Assembly: GCA_002505355.1 (NCBI GenBank)
Contig: DAUW01000076.1
Span: forward strand, 50,551-96,379
Source: Euryarchaeota archaeon UBA229
GTDB taxonomy: Archaea; Thermoplasmatota; Poseidoniia; Poseidoniales; Poseidoniaceae
Reading direction: 5' to 3'
DNA: 45,829 bases
Both the position numbers and the translations under genes were made by a program. The notes under the pieces were generated by a model that was given only the letters and a program-made list of their open reading frames with translations, was not told the DNA's origin and did no database searches. Below, piece by piece: positions 8,368 through 17,982 of this stretch (within the stretch, counting starts at the first letter, position 1; the number at the start of each line of letters is the position of its first letter).

Positions 8368-9462
8368 ATGGAAGCCAACGAACACCGGAACAGGATGACT
8401 TATGGCAACTATCTGAGACTCGAGGAAATACTTGGGCTGCAGGAAGGGCCCGCAGACTATTCGCCAGCCCCGTGTAACAACGAGAAGCATTTCATCATAG
8501 TTCACCAAGCATTTGAATTATGGTTTAAATTAGTCCTCACTGAGCTAAAGCAGGTACATAAACTGATGAGCAGTGAAGAAATTGACGAGAACTCAATGCC
8601 GATAATAGTGCATCACTTGAAGCGAGTTTCTGCGGTTTTTGACCTCATGTCGCAACAGTGGAAAGTCATGGAAACTTTGACTCCACAAGACTTCTTATCA
8701 TTTAGGGACCGACTTGGGACATCATCAGGATTTGAATCTTGGCAGTTGAGGCAAATCGAGATAATACTAGGTCTTGAACAGCAACAGAGAGACGCAGGCA
8801 TGGATCCTCTAAACCACATGAAAAAACTAGAGTCTGAGGGTAAAATCTCTGCTAAAGTATTGGCCGAATTCAACTCAGTCTTGCAGGCTCCATCACTAAA
8901 CCAACTGCTGACAAACTGGCTATCTCGCACCCCGATTAATGGTTCAATCACTGGGAACCCTGGTGATCAAGATGTGGTATCAACCTACATAGACGGACAT
9001 CTTTCTGCTATGAGAGCGCATTCAGACATCATTATTTCACACTTCGAGTCAATTGGCCACGGCGATGAATCCACGATGAGGGAGCGCCTCAACAAATCAT
9101 TGTCTAATGCGGAGCAGTTCTTACGGCCAAATGGTGAAATAAATAGGTCAAGAGCAGGCTTGTTATTCATTGAATCATATCGCGAACTGCCACTACTTTC
9201 ATGGCCGCGAGAATTGATAGATTCTTTTGTTGATCTTGAAGAGTCCATTCTCCTGTTCAGAAATTCACACGCTAGAATGGTTGAAAGAATGATTGGTAGA
9301 AGAATGGGCACGGGCGGGTCGAGTGGTGTTGATTATCTCGATGCAACTTTGAAATATCGGATTTTCGTTGATTTATGGACTGTTAGGACCATTTTGGTCA
9401 GGCGAGACCTAATTCCCAGCGTAGTTGGGTTGGAATACTACGGTTTTAATTCTCAGCACTGA
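8368..9462 (+). CDS. kynA: Tryptophan 2,3-dioxygenase
   Basis: MTYGNYLRLEEILGLQ, EKHFIIVHQAFELWFKLVL, SSGFESWQLRQIE and FRNSHARMVERMIGRRMGTGGSSGVDYL match the TDO signature blocks. Confidence 0.85.
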   Translation: MEANEHRNRMTYGNYLRLEEILGLQEGPADYSPAPCNNEKHFIIVHQAFELWFKLVLTELKQVHKLMSSEEIDENSMPIIVHHLKRVSAVFDLMSQQWKVMETLTPQDFLSFRDRLGTSSGFESWQLRQIEIILGLEQQQRDAGMDPLNHMKKLESEGKISAKVLAEFNSVLQAPSLNQLLTNWLSRTPINGSITGNPGDQDVVSTYIDGHLSAMRAHSDIIISHFESIGHGDESTMRERLNKSLSNAEQFLRPNGEINRSRAGLLFIESYRELPLLSWPRELIDSFVDLEESILLFRNSHARMVERMIGRRMGTGGSSGVDYLDATLKYRIFVDLWTVRTILVRRDLIPSVVGLEYYGFNSQH

Positions 9463-9463
9463 A

Positions 9464-9727
9464 TCATTCTTCATGCGGGTCGATATCGATTGGAATTAAT
9501 TCGTGCTCATATTCGTACAGCGCTATTTTTAGTGGATCAAGCACATAGCGAACTGAGGCTTCCTCAAACCCATAAAGTGATATTAGTTCATCCTTGAATG
9601 CTTCTCTAAGAACTTCCTCGCCAGCATAAAGAGGTGCACCCATCCCTATTTGCAATGCTCTTGCACCGATAATTCTAGCTCTTTCAAATCGGGTATGTAG
9701 GCGAATTGGTTTAACCATAGCAATCAC
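9464..9727 (-). CDS. rpoK: DNA-directed RNA polymerase subunit K (Rpo6/omega family)
   Basis: [23 protein letters not shown] is the conserved RpoK/Rpb6 core. 87 aa. Confidence 0.85.
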   Translation of the reverse strand: MIAMVKPIRLHTRFERARIIGARALQIGMGAPLYAGEEVLREAFKDELISLYGFEEASVRYVLDPLKIALYEYEHELIPIDIDPHEE

Positions 9728-9783
9728 TTCGACTGTCAGTCGTATCCAATGCTGATAGCAGGTGTTTTTGAAACTAACCCAAA

Positions 9784-10668
9784 TTACTCAGATTCATTGT
9801 CGACTTGTTTTTGCAATTTTCTAAACGATATCAAAGCCGGTAATAAGCATACAAGCAGAATTAGAAAAGTGATTATGGCGAGGTCATAACCACCATCGTA
9901 TTCGAGTAATTCACTTATTATTTGCTGCCTTTCATTTAGATTTTTGTCACCAGTCGGGTTGGATGACAGTGATTGTAATTGCTGATAATCATCACCCTGC
10001 AGGACAAACACAAGCCGAGATGTGGCATTTGTTACCCACGAACTCAAGTTTTCCGTCCGTTGAGTATTGTTCAACGTTTTCATATCTACCGCTAAGTGAT
10101 TCAGGCTACGATTGTCAAATTCATGCTCTACCGATTCTAGTTTCCAAATAGTCAGATTGTATGGGGTCGACGTATTCCAAAATACAGTTCCGTTGGAGAA
10201 AGATAAATCATCGATGCCAGAATAGTTAATCGTTGAGGAAGCAAGGACCTGGTTTAATTCTTGACCTTGACCTGAGCCTGTTAACAATCCTGCACTGTTA
10301 ATCACTATTGATGGGATAAAAATTAGTCTGAATTGATCTTCGAACCTAAATTTGGAATAATTTAGATATGTTTGGTCAAAAATCGACGGGTGGTGTTGTA
10401 TTACGGCAATAGTTTCGTTGTCCATATTGTCAAGCATTAATTCCAATGGTTCACACGGTTCACACCAATCAGCGCCATAATATTCAACCAGGTGATTCGG
10501 CCTAAACACCTCGCATTTATCAAATTCTGAGCACGGTAAATCCACGACAAGTACATCAATTGTTGCGTCGTTGAAGACAGACTCCATCTGGTTTTGCTCA
10601 CTAACTTCGGCTGAGAAGGATGGCGCAAAAGTTATGCTCAGCATCAATAATACACCGACAAACTTCAA
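9784..10668 (-). CDS. Secreted, C-terminally membrane-anchored thioredoxin-fold protein (WCEPC active site)
   Basis: [17 protein letters not shown] thioredoxin-like CxxC. TTG at 10668 yields a good signal peptide, (M)[21 protein letters not shown]. Several N-x-S/T sequons. C-terminal TM helix [20 protein letters not shown] followed by basic residues. The ORF track start at 10812 would overlap ctaA. Confidence 0.6.
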   Translation of the reverse strand: MKFVGVLLMLSITFAPSFSAEVSEQNQMESVFNDATIDVLVVDLPCSEFDKCEVFRPNHLVEYYGADWCEPCEPLELMLDNMDNETIAVIQHHPSIFDQTYLNYSKFRFEDQFRLIFIPSIVINSAGLLTGSGQGQELNQVLASSTINYSGIDDLSFSNGTVFWNTSTPYNLTIWKLESVEHEFDNRSLNHLAVDMKTLNNTQRTENLSSWVTNATSRLVFVLQGDDYQQLQSLSSNPTGDKNLNERQQIISELLEYDGGYDLAIITFLILLVCLLPALISFRKLQKQVDNESE

Positions 10669-10741
10669 GATTTTTGGACAACTAATGTGCTGGGAATTGC
10701 CAAGGCATGTGTTCAAAAGGGGCACACTTCTCCTAATACCC

Positions 10742-11803
10742 ATGGAGGAGGCTTGGTGGCGACGCCCTTCAACATTACCTCTTTTCATATTATTATTTGC
10801 TATCCTAATCATCTCATTTGGCGGAGCAATTAGAATCCATGATGCTGGTGAATCTTGTCCTGATTGGCCAAAGTGCTTTGGGACCTACGGATTTGATATT
10901 TCAGAAGCAGAGCAAACTGCTTATTGGGAAGAAAATCCCGATGAGATTGATTCACGAGGCGCCGATCATCGATACACGGTTTTCGAGATATTTCTGGAGT
11001 GGTTTCATCGAGCTTTAGTTGGAGTCATTGCTTTACCAGTTTTACTCAACGTTGCAGTTGCCAAACGAAAAATAGATTTCTACGGCAAACAGAATTTTTA
11101 CTCCGCTATTTTCATTGCAGTACTACTAGTCATTCAAGCGATTGCTGGTGCAGTTACGGTGTTTTATGACAACGCTGATTGGTCGGTTGCTCTCCATCTG
11201 TCACTTGCGTCAATATTCACAGCCTCAATACTCTGGCAATACAAACTCACAAGAGTCAAAGAGGGTGCTCAGTGGCGTTTTCTCAAGGTGGCACCGGAGT
11301 TTAAGCGCCTTTATCGGAAAAAATTCGACTTAGTGGCAATTTCAGTTCTCGTGCTTCTTGTTTTGGGAGCATGGGTCTCATCGACAGCCGGCGGACAGTA
11401 CAACCAATCCTGCTCTGTAGGTTTTCCCGATGCATGGCCACAATGTAACGGACAATTCTTTCCAACTCTTGATAATTCTGGGATTCTTGTCCAAATGATT
11501 CACCGATTAGGAGCACTGCTAGTTGGTCTCGTGCTGATTTTGTCATTGCTCAGACTTAATGATGAGAAAGTAAACTATGAGAATTCCCAACCGTTCTACA
11601 ATGCATTGTTGCTGACGACAATACTTTGGTTTGCTAACCTGCTGATTGGCGCAGCATACCTAGTTCAAGCGAAAGTCGGGGAATTTCCCGAATGGATATC
11701 TCTATTACATCTGTTAGGTGGGGTATCAACATTCATAGTTGCGGCTAGTGGCCCGATGATGTTCAGACTCAGCACAAACAACGTAGAGGACAGCGAAGAG
11801 TGA
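10742..11803 (+). CDS. ctaA: Heme A synthase (CtaA/Cox15 family)
   Basis: Two extracytoplasmic Cys pairs (ESCPDWPKCFG; CSVGFPDAWPQCNG). Four conserved His in TM helices (WFHRAL, ALHLSL, MIHRLG, LLHLLG). ATG 10742 removes an implausible N-terminal extension. Confidence 0.8.
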   Translation: MEEAWWRRPSTLPLFILLFAILIISFGGAIRIHDAGESCPDWPKCFGTYGFDISEAEQTAYWEENPDEIDSRGADHRYTVFEIFLEWFHRALVGVIALPVLLNVAVAKRKIDFYGKQNFYSAIFIAVLLVIQAIAGAVTVFYDNADWSVALHLSLASIFTASILWQYKLTRVKEGAQWRFLKVAPEFKRLYRKKFDLVAISVLVLLVLGAWVSSTAGGQYNQSCSVGFPDAWPQCNGQFFPTLDNSGILVQMIHRLGALLVGLVLILSLLRLNDEKVNYENSQPFYNALLLTTILWFANLLIGAAYLVQAKVGEFPEWISLLHLLGGVSTFIVAASGPMMFRLSTNNVEDSEE

Positions 11804-11807
11804 TTCT

Positions 11808-12818
11808 ATGGCAAACACAACAACGGACATCCATCACCCGGGATGGCCAAAAGTGTTTGTTAGACTTATGAAGTTAAGAGTAATTATGTTACTCCAAATA
11901 ACGGCAATATGTGCAATTCTGGTCCATGATTTGCTGGCAAGGCATGGTTTGATCGATGTTGATAGAAGCTGGACTGACACTTTCTATGCAGTGCTGATAA
12001 CCGTAGTTGGTGGAACACTCTCTGCAGGTGGTTCTAACGCTATCAACATGTGGTTTGATGCCGATATAGACCAGCACATGCGCCGTACACAAAATCGTCC
12101 AGTTCCACTGGGCCACATATCTGCGAACGGGGCGTTGGCTTTTGGACTAGTAATCGCACTTTTGGGCTCATCATTATTCCTTTTAGTTAGCTGGAAAGCA
12201 GCATTTTGGTCGTTTTTCTCGGTATTTTTTTACGTCATAATTTACACAATGTGGCTCAAGCGACGCACCCCGCAAAACATCGTTATCGGAGGTATTGCCG
12301 GTTCCACGCCACCCCTCATAGGATGGGCAGTTGCTGCTACCGATTACACCGGGGGAGTGAATCCATTAGACTTGGGCTCAGCCATACCATGGATGCTTTT
12401 TGCCCTAATCTTCCTGTGGACTCCACCGCATTTTTGGGCGCTGGCACTCTACAGGTCTGGTGAATATGCCAAGGCTGAAGTCCCTATGATGAATGAAGTC
12501 AAAGGCGCTGAGCATACAATTTTCCAATCCAAGATTTATTGTGTTCTGCTGTTAATGCTAGGATCTGTTCCTTGCTTCTGGCCAGAATCCGGCTTACCGC
12601 TGCTTTGGGCGTTTATTGCTGGCGGTCTCACACTATGGTATGCCGCTTCTGTTTGGGCCATCGACCCGGATGAACCGTTTGATGAAAATGGTCGAATGCC
12701 AAAAGCGGCCAAATCATTTTTTAGGTCACTGTACTACCTCGGCTGGATGTTTTTACTGTTAGTCTTTGTCAGTTTTGTCCCGCCGGAATCACTCGGTTAT
12801 TTCGGGCCTTTATCCTAA
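11808..12818 (+). CDS. ctaB: Protoheme IX farnesyltransferase (heme O synthase), UbiA family
   Basis: GGSNAINMWFDADIDQHMRRTQNRPVP (UbiA Asp-rich motif), WTPPHFWALAL, multiple TM helices. Lies 4 nt after ctaA. Confidence 0.9.
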   Translation: MANTTTDIHHPGWPKVFVRLMKLRVIMLLQITAICAILVHDLLARHGLIDVDRSWTDTFYAVLITVVGGTLSAGGSNAINMWFDADIDQHMRRTQNRPVPLGHISANGALAFGLVIALLGSSLFLLVSWKAAFWSFFSVFFYVIIYTMWLKRRTPQNIVIGGIAGSTPPLIGWAVAATDYTGGVNPLDLGSAIPWMLFALIFLWTPPHFWALALYRSGEYAKAEVPMMNEVKGAEHTIFQSKIYCVLLLMLGSVPCFWPESGLPLLWAFIAGGLTLWYAASVWAIDPDEPFDENGRMPKAAKSFFRSLYYLGWMFLLLVFVSFVPPESLGYFGPLS

Positions 12819-12879
12819 AACTGACACATTATATTTGACCGTCATATTCATGACTGCGACTAATTTCGCTCGATTTACT

Positions 12880-12966
12880 GCGGCAGTCGCATAGCCTGGC
12901 CATTGCGCCGGATTGCTAATCCGGTGGTGTCTCACCTCGGGAGTTCGAATCTCCCCTGCCGCGCCA
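12880..12966 (+). tRNA. tRNA-Ser (anticodon GCU), class II with long variable arm, 3' CCA encoded
   Basis: Acceptor GCGGCAG/CTGCCGC. Anticodon stem CCGGA/TCCGG with loop TTGCTAA (GCT at 12915-12917). Variable arm GGTG-TCT-CACC. T arm GGGAG-TTCGAAT-CTCCC. Discriminator G, then CCA (12964-12966). No intron. Confidence 0.9.
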
Positions 12967-15933
12967 TCATTCAAAGAAGTCGTCAAACTCATCAGCCATC
13001 GATTCAGCAGCTAACCGACGATTTCTCGCAGCAACAACTCTTCGCAGCCTCTTGAGGCGTTTTGCGATGAATGCCAGCATGATTATGCCGATGCACAAGG
13101 TTGAGAGTGTAACTATCCCAGCTGTCATGAATTCTTGCTGCTCAAGACTGTCACTGAAGTTTCCTAGCCATTCGCTCCCTAATGGTGGCTCAGGTTCAGG
13201 TTCAGGTTCGGGGATGACGTGCTGATTGTATGACCACCAGTCATATTCAATGTACACTTTTTCTACATTTGCTGATGGATAGATTACCACCGTGCGCTCA
13301 TTGCCATACTCATCTGTTGGCGTTAGAATGTAGTAAAATACCTTCATTGGCCTGATTCGATTATCTTCCATCCCAGTAACTGTATACTGGAAACTATCTC
13401 CTGCAGTGTAGGTCATGTCGCTTAAGATCGGCTGAATCAGGGATAAATCCATACCGTTGGGATTTTGTTCGACTCGATAAAGATCCCAGGTTTCGTTTGC
13501 TTCGCCTTGGGGCCAGGTCCAAGAGATTGTGACCTGATAACACATATTCCAATCTTTTAGGATGGCATAACAATCCGTATCATTGGTAAACAGTGAATTG
13601 CTTTGCATGTCTACAATAGATGTTGAGGGAGGGGTAGAATCACCACATATATATGCAGACGTACCGTTTTCCATAGAGACATTTGCCAAGTGGTTGAATG
13701 TATTACCCGTTCTATCTACTGGTATTATGGCGTATGATGAACAGTAACCGTCGGGAACTGTTAGCATATCCTGCCAGCTGGTCTCGTTCAAGGGAACAAA
13801 CTGTCTAAAGGAATCAGCAACTAAGTCATTCCACATCAATTGATTATAGTTTTCCTGAGGTGATTGGAATATGGTGCCACCAAAGTCGGGTACTACTCTT
13901 TGGTGAATGTTCCATCCTAGAATGTAATCACTCTCAACGTCGCCATAAGGGTCCCAATTAAGTTCAAAGTTTCCAGCCGAGATTAAATCCACCGTAAAAT
14001 TTCGAGCCTCTATGTCGGGCTCGCCAATTTCTCCGATTACTAGAATGGTAGTCGGTTCATACAAACGAGCAAACATAACTGTTTGATTTTTGTATCCATA
14101 GTGTTCACTGTTGAAATACTCCCAACTTTGGTCATCAAAGGAGTTCAATTTTCTAAACTCTACCGATGTGTAGGGGACTCCCTCAGGCAATGCGTGATAC
14201 AGGTTTAATTCGACATCAAGCCAATTCTGCCCGTCAAATATAGAATCATTATTTGTTGTATCAATAAGATCAAACTGATATAGCATCAACGGTATATTGC
14301 CTCCACCTATGTTGTAGTCCTGTCTGACCATTGGTAGCATTGATTCATGAGTAATCTCTACTGTGTTTGATGGTGAGGTTGCTGATGCCGTGTAGAAAGG
14401 GGCGTTGTTAATGCTAATCTCAGAATAAACCAAGATACTGAAATAAATAATTTCACTATTGCCAATAATATCAGTGGTAATTAGTTTGAAAGTGTGGCTA
14501 CCTAGGCCATAATCCGCCGTGTTAATATCAATCTGATGACCATAGTCTACGTTGATTATACCAGAGTACCACCATGAATAGTTTACCGGGCTCGCCGAGA
14601 AAGGGTTTACATTGGCCGTAACAGTAATTGTCTCTTCATCAGTGTACCATTCCTTCTCGTTCGATATGGTAATTGAGGATGCTAATTGTGCGACAATCAC
14701 GTTAGCATCTTCCTCGATTGTGTTGTCAAGGGTGTAAGAATCATAGTTGTTATCGATCAAGTTGGGCAGCACGGCTTGCATGGCGATGTCATTACCATGA
14801 ACAGGCATGTCGAACACGCAGGTACGCTGTTGGTTAGGTGCTAGCTCCGTAATCTCACAGGTTTGTAGTATTGGTTGTCCATTACTTTTTGAGATTGTCA
14901 GTTCTAAGTCAAAATCAACAGCAGTGGCATTCCCATTATTGCTGATGATTACTGAGACCATATCAAAACCGAATAGGTAACTCTGTTCAGACGGGTTGTG
15001 GCTTGGGAACATATTATTTATTGATAAGTCAAGTTCAGTGTCAATATATATGGTTATTTCATTCAGGTTATTGTCATCTTTTAAGTCATGATACGGTGCG
15101 CCAGTGGAATCAAATAGACCGTAAACTAATGTGTATACTCCATCTTGATTGTACTCAAACGTTGGTAACCCCATCTGGAACGATTTATAGAATGAAAATT
15201 TTGGGAAATTTTCGGTGAATTCGTAATTTTCGCTCAACATAGCAGATTTATTTTCGTTCCATAGTTGCCACCCAATAGAAGCGTTCAGTTGACAAGTTGC
15301 ACACAAGTTTGCAAAAGCTGAAAAAGTCATGTTATACTGTGTGTCTCTGGATAGTAAATCATTGCCAGCGTAGTTGGCTAGGTTAGGTAGACCTGACACA
15401 ATATCGTCATTGGTCTCAATCTTGAAATCGGTATACTCTAGGGTAGAATTTATTTTGAAATTTAAGATATCGTCAGTTGGATTCATATCCATCTCGTCAA
15501 ACTGATAAATTACGGTAATAGTCTCATTTATCCCATTTGGATAAAATCCGTTAGTTGAAGTGAAATTGTTGCTTGCGCCGGGATTAATTGGTGGAATGAG
15601 AAATGTACCATCATCGATTCTTTGCGAGATGCATACATTGGTAACTTGTTCTCCAAGACAAACATACCAAGACATTGTTCTTGGGTCTGATGCAGTAGAG
15701 TCTGAGTTGGTCAGTTCAACAGTAAAGTAGGTTGGCTCATAAGCAGGAATGTAGTCATATTCAGTTGGTGTCGAGCCTATTATTGACAGATTGCCTTGAG
15801 TAGATGCTTCTGCATTATCAACTACACTGATGCTTGCGAGTGTAGAAAAGAGCATCAGAAAAACAACGAAAACGCAGGAAAACCTTTGATTCCCCAATTG
15901 CTTTGACGCCACACTCATATGGTTCGCTAACAA
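12967..15933 (-). CDS. Large cell-surface protein (signal peptide, sequon-rich ectodomain, PE-repeat stalk, C-terminal TM anchor); possible S-layer or surface glycoprotein
   Basis: N-terminal hydrophobic signal (FSCVFVVFLMLFSTLASISVV). More than 15 N-x-S/T sequons. PEPEPEPEPP linker. TM helix AGIVTLSTLCIGIIMLAFIA followed by KRLKRLRR and an acidic cytoplasmic tail. I recognise no enzymatic motif. Confidence 0.6.
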   Translation of the reverse strand: MLANHMSVASKQLGNQRFSCVFVVFLMLFSTLASISVVDNAEASTQGNLSIIGSTPTEYDYIPAYEPTYFTVELTNSDSTASDPRTMSWYVCLGEQVTNVCISQRIDDGTFLIPPINPGASNNFTSTNGFYPNGINETITVIYQFDEMDMNPTDDILNFKINSTLEYTDFKIETNDDIVSGLPNLANYAGNDLLSRDTQYNMTFSAFANLCATCQLNASIGWQLWNENKSAMLSENYEFTENFPKFSFYKSFQMGLPTFEYNQDGVYTLVYGLFDSTGAPYHDLKDDNNLNEITIYIDTELDLSINNMFPSHNPSEQSYLFGFDMVSVIISNNGNATAVDFDLELTISKSNGQPILQTCEITELAPNQQRTCVFDMPVHGNDIAMQAVLPNLIDNNYDSYTLDNTIEEDANVIVAQLASSITISNEKEWYTDEETITVTANVNPFSASPVNYSWWYSGIINVDYGHQIDINTADYGLGSHTFKLITTDIIGNSEIIYFSILVYSEISINNAPFYTASATSPSNTVEITHESMLPMVRQDYNIGGGNIPLMLYQFDLIDTTNNDSIFDGQNWLDVELNLYHALPEGVPYTSVEFRKLNSFDDQSWEYFNSEHYGYKNQTVMFARLYEPTTILVIGEIGEPDIEARNFTVDLISAGNFELNWDPYGDVESDYILGWNIHQRVVPDFGGTIFQSPQENYNQLMWNDLVADSFRQFVPLNETSWQDMLTVPDGYCSSYAIIPVDRTGNTFNHLANVSMENGTSAYICGDSTPPSTSIVDMQSNSLFTNDTDCYAILKDWNMCYQVTISWTWPQGEANETWDLYRVEQNPNGMDLSLIQPILSDMTYTAGDSFQYTVTGMEDNRIRPMKVFYYILTPTDEYGNERTVVIYPSANVEKVYIEYDWWSYNQHVIPEPEPEPEPPLGSEWLGNFSDSLEQQEFMTAGIVTLSTLCIGIIMLAFIAKRLKRLRRVVAARNRRLAAESMADEFDDFFE
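13186..13213 (-). repeat. Short tandem hexanucleotide repeat (CAGGTT x3 on the + strand) encoding the PEPEPEPE stalk
   Basis: Read directly: ggctCAGGTTCAGGTTCAGGTTcgggg. The minus-strand translation is IPEPEPEPEPPLG. Confidence 0.8.
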
Positions 15934-16019
15934 TTGACATTCAAAGACTCATCGGCGAGAATTCACCATATCTGCTGAATTTTGCGATAATTACGTTGTT
16001 CCATCGGTAGACTCTTGAG

Positions 16020-17126
16020 TTGGCTGGTACTGGGATAATCATGGACCCAGTTCATGTTTCTTTGAACAGAGATGAGAACGCCATGACCGCGGTAATCGAG
16101 TTTCTCTCCGCATTTACCCTTTTTCTCATGATCCTAACGGCCTTCTTATCACTAGCCCAGTTAGAGATGGGTTCGAACGATACCTCCGTTGATAGGCTTG
16201 ACCGAGCTGCGGCACAAGGACTGGACCGTATGACCTCTGACGGCGGTTGGTATGTGCCCGCATTTTCTGATGGCTCCCTTGATTATGCGAATTCAACTTC
16301 TGAATGGCATCTTCAACCGATTACAGAGGTAAATCAGGGAATTGTATTGGCTGGATTAATGGGCGCTAATAATCTAGATTTCGACCGTATTTCTGCGCTT
16401 GGTAACATCACTGAGGATAATTTGGCAAGAGGCCTTGGATTGGGCGAAAAATACAGCCTAAATCTTGAAATTAAAATAACAGAATCAAATATCCCCGAAC
16501 GCCATGGTTTGGTGTTGTTTACCGGTGGTACTGAGCGCGGTACAGCGCAGGCCTCCTCCTCATCGTTCAAAGAAATTCAAGTTGGTGCGGAAAAGTTCCT
16601 GATAATACTCGAAGTTCACAACGGCGGTAGGAAAGCAGATAATTTGCACATCACAGAGATTAGCCCACGCTCAGTATCCGGTGCACCAGAATGGATTGAG
16701 TTGTACAATCCAAACAACTTTGCCATCGACCTCAACGGTTGGAGTTTGTCGCATATTTCTCCGAACCACAACACTAACATTTTGTTGAGAGGAGGGGTAA
16801 TTTCGGGAAATTCTGTTAGTATAATTACTGGAGACCCAAGCAGTCAAGATACTGGTGATGCTGACCACATCATTGACTTAGGTAGCGAAGGTTTCCTTGG
16901 TGTTGGTGAGCTCAATTTACTGGATGATGGGGGTGGTGTAGTCATTCTTTCGTATACCCAATTAAGTGAATATCAACCATTTGAGGTAATGCGTGTGGCA
17001 TGGGGAGGGGATACCGGTTATTTCCTAACGCCCAGCCAGTCATTGGTAAATCTAGGCAACAATTTTCCTCCTACAGAGGATGATTGGGAAGTATCTAGTA
17101 ACCCAAGTCCCGGGATAATCAACTAG
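16020..17126 (+). CDS. Membrane-anchored protein with C-terminal lamin-tail domain (LTD)
   Basis: N-terminal hydrophobic helix AVIEFLSAFTLFLMILTAFLSLA. C-terminal LHITEISPRSVSGAPEWIELYNPNNFAIDLNGWSLSH, which matches the LTD signature (EWIELYNP...DLSGW). TTG start at 16020, alternative ATG at 16041. Confidence 0.65.
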   Translation: MAGTGIIMDPVHVSLNRDENAMTAVIEFLSAFTLFLMILTAFLSLAQLEMGSNDTSVDRLDRAAAQGLDRMTSDGGWYVPAFSDGSLDYANSTSEWHLQPITEVNQGIVLAGLMGANNLDFDRISALGNITEDNLARGLGLGEKYSLNLEIKITESNIPERHGLVLFTGGTERGTAQASSSSFKEIQVGAEKFLIILEVHNGGRKADNLHITEISPRSVSGAPEWIELYNPNNFAIDLNGWSLSHISPNHNTNILLRGGVISGNSVSIITGDPSSQDTGDADHIIDLGSEGFLGVGELNLLDDGGGVVILSYTQLSEYQPFEVMRVAWGGDTGYFLTPSQSLVNLGNNFPPTEDDWEVSSNPSPGIIN

Positions 17127-17133
17127 GCTTAAG

Positions 17134-17982
17134 TTGGTATTTATTTTTCTAGATAATCGGATGCTTCATGAACCTGTGAGTATTAGCACTCATGTTCCCA
17201 TGCAGCCTGCAGGTATGTATTCCCGTGATAGATGTGTGACAGGAGTTCACGGTCTAGACGAAATTTTGCGAGGTGGAATACCATATGGATCAACCGTACT
17301 TGCCGCCGGTACTTGCGGTTCAGGTAAAACAACACTGGGAATGGAATTTCTTGTCAGAGGTGCGAATGCGGGTGAGGCTTGTGCGCACTTTACAGCTACA
17401 GAACCATCAGTAAAATTGTTGGAGAACATCCGACAATTTGCTTTTTTTGATATGAAAATGGTCGACACTGGCTTGATAAATGTATTTGATATGGATGTCT
17501 TATACTCTTGGTTGGGGCTTGAAAAATCAACGTTTGACCTAGATGACGTCCACTCGCTGATAAAGTCGATTGTTGATATTGTCAACACAATCGGTGTGAC
17601 AAGATTAGTGATCGATTCGGTCACAACCTTGTGTTACAAGATTAAGTCAGAACAGTTGATTAGAGATTTTCTTTTCACCTTGGGTAAAAAACTAGCAACA
17701 TTAGGGTGTACAACAATTCTAATTGCGGAAATCACCTCAGCTACTGAAAATGCTCACTGGTCCTCATTTGGAGTAGAAGAGGCAATCTGTGATGGCATCA
17801 TTGTACTTGGCGACATTGAAAGAATGGGTCATTTGTTGCGATTTCTCCAAGTGGTAAAAATGCGCGGGACCTCTCATAGCAGAGCCAAACATGCAATTGA
17901 ATTGACGCCCCTAGGAGTCATGCTAACTCCCATGCTCAAATGGGGCGCAATAAGTGATAATGTCAATCGTTGGGGGTCTTGA
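17134..17982 (+). CDS. KaiC/RadA-like single-domain ATPase (intact Walker A and B)
   Basis: VTGVHGLDEILRGGIPYGSTVLAAGTCGSGKTTLGMEFL (Walker A GSGKT), TRLVIDSVT (Walker B) and LQVVKMRGTSH are typical of KaiC-like proteins. The start is uncertain (TTG 17134; ATG at 17161, 17200 or 17215). Confidence 0.8.
   Translation: MVFIFLDNRMLHEPVSISTHVPMQPAGMYSRDRCVTGVHGLDEILRGGIPYGSTVLAAGTCGSGKTTLGMEFLVRGANAGEACAHFTATEPSVKLLENIRQFAFFDMKMVDTGLINVFDMDVLYSWLGLEKSTFDLDDVHSLIKSIVDIVNTIGVTRLVIDSVTTLCYKIKSEQLIRDFLFTLGKKLATLGCTTILIAEITSATENAHWSSFGVEEAICDGIIVLGDIERMGHLLRFLQVVKMRGTSHSRAKHAIELTPLGVMLTPMLKWGAISDNVNRWGS

Noticed and set aside
10571-10741. N-terminal 57-aa extension of the ctaA ORF, and the 10669..10812 extension of the opposite thioredoxin-like ORF
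   Set aside because: The two extensions overlap each other on opposite strands and carry no conserved sequence. The internal starts (ATG 10742; TTG 10668) give a canonical CtaA N-terminus and a proper signal peptide respectively.
12810-12992. 60-aa minus-strand ORF (..GAAGEIRTPEV..)
   Set aside because: It is the translation of the complement of tRNA-Ser. The cloverleaf explains the region.
12967-13140. Considered a PGF-CTERM/archaeosortase sorting signal at the C-terminus of the 988-aa surface protein
   Set aside because: There is no PGF tripeptide before the TM helix, and a ~35-aa charged cytoplasmic tail follows the helix. It looks like a conventional type I membrane anchor.
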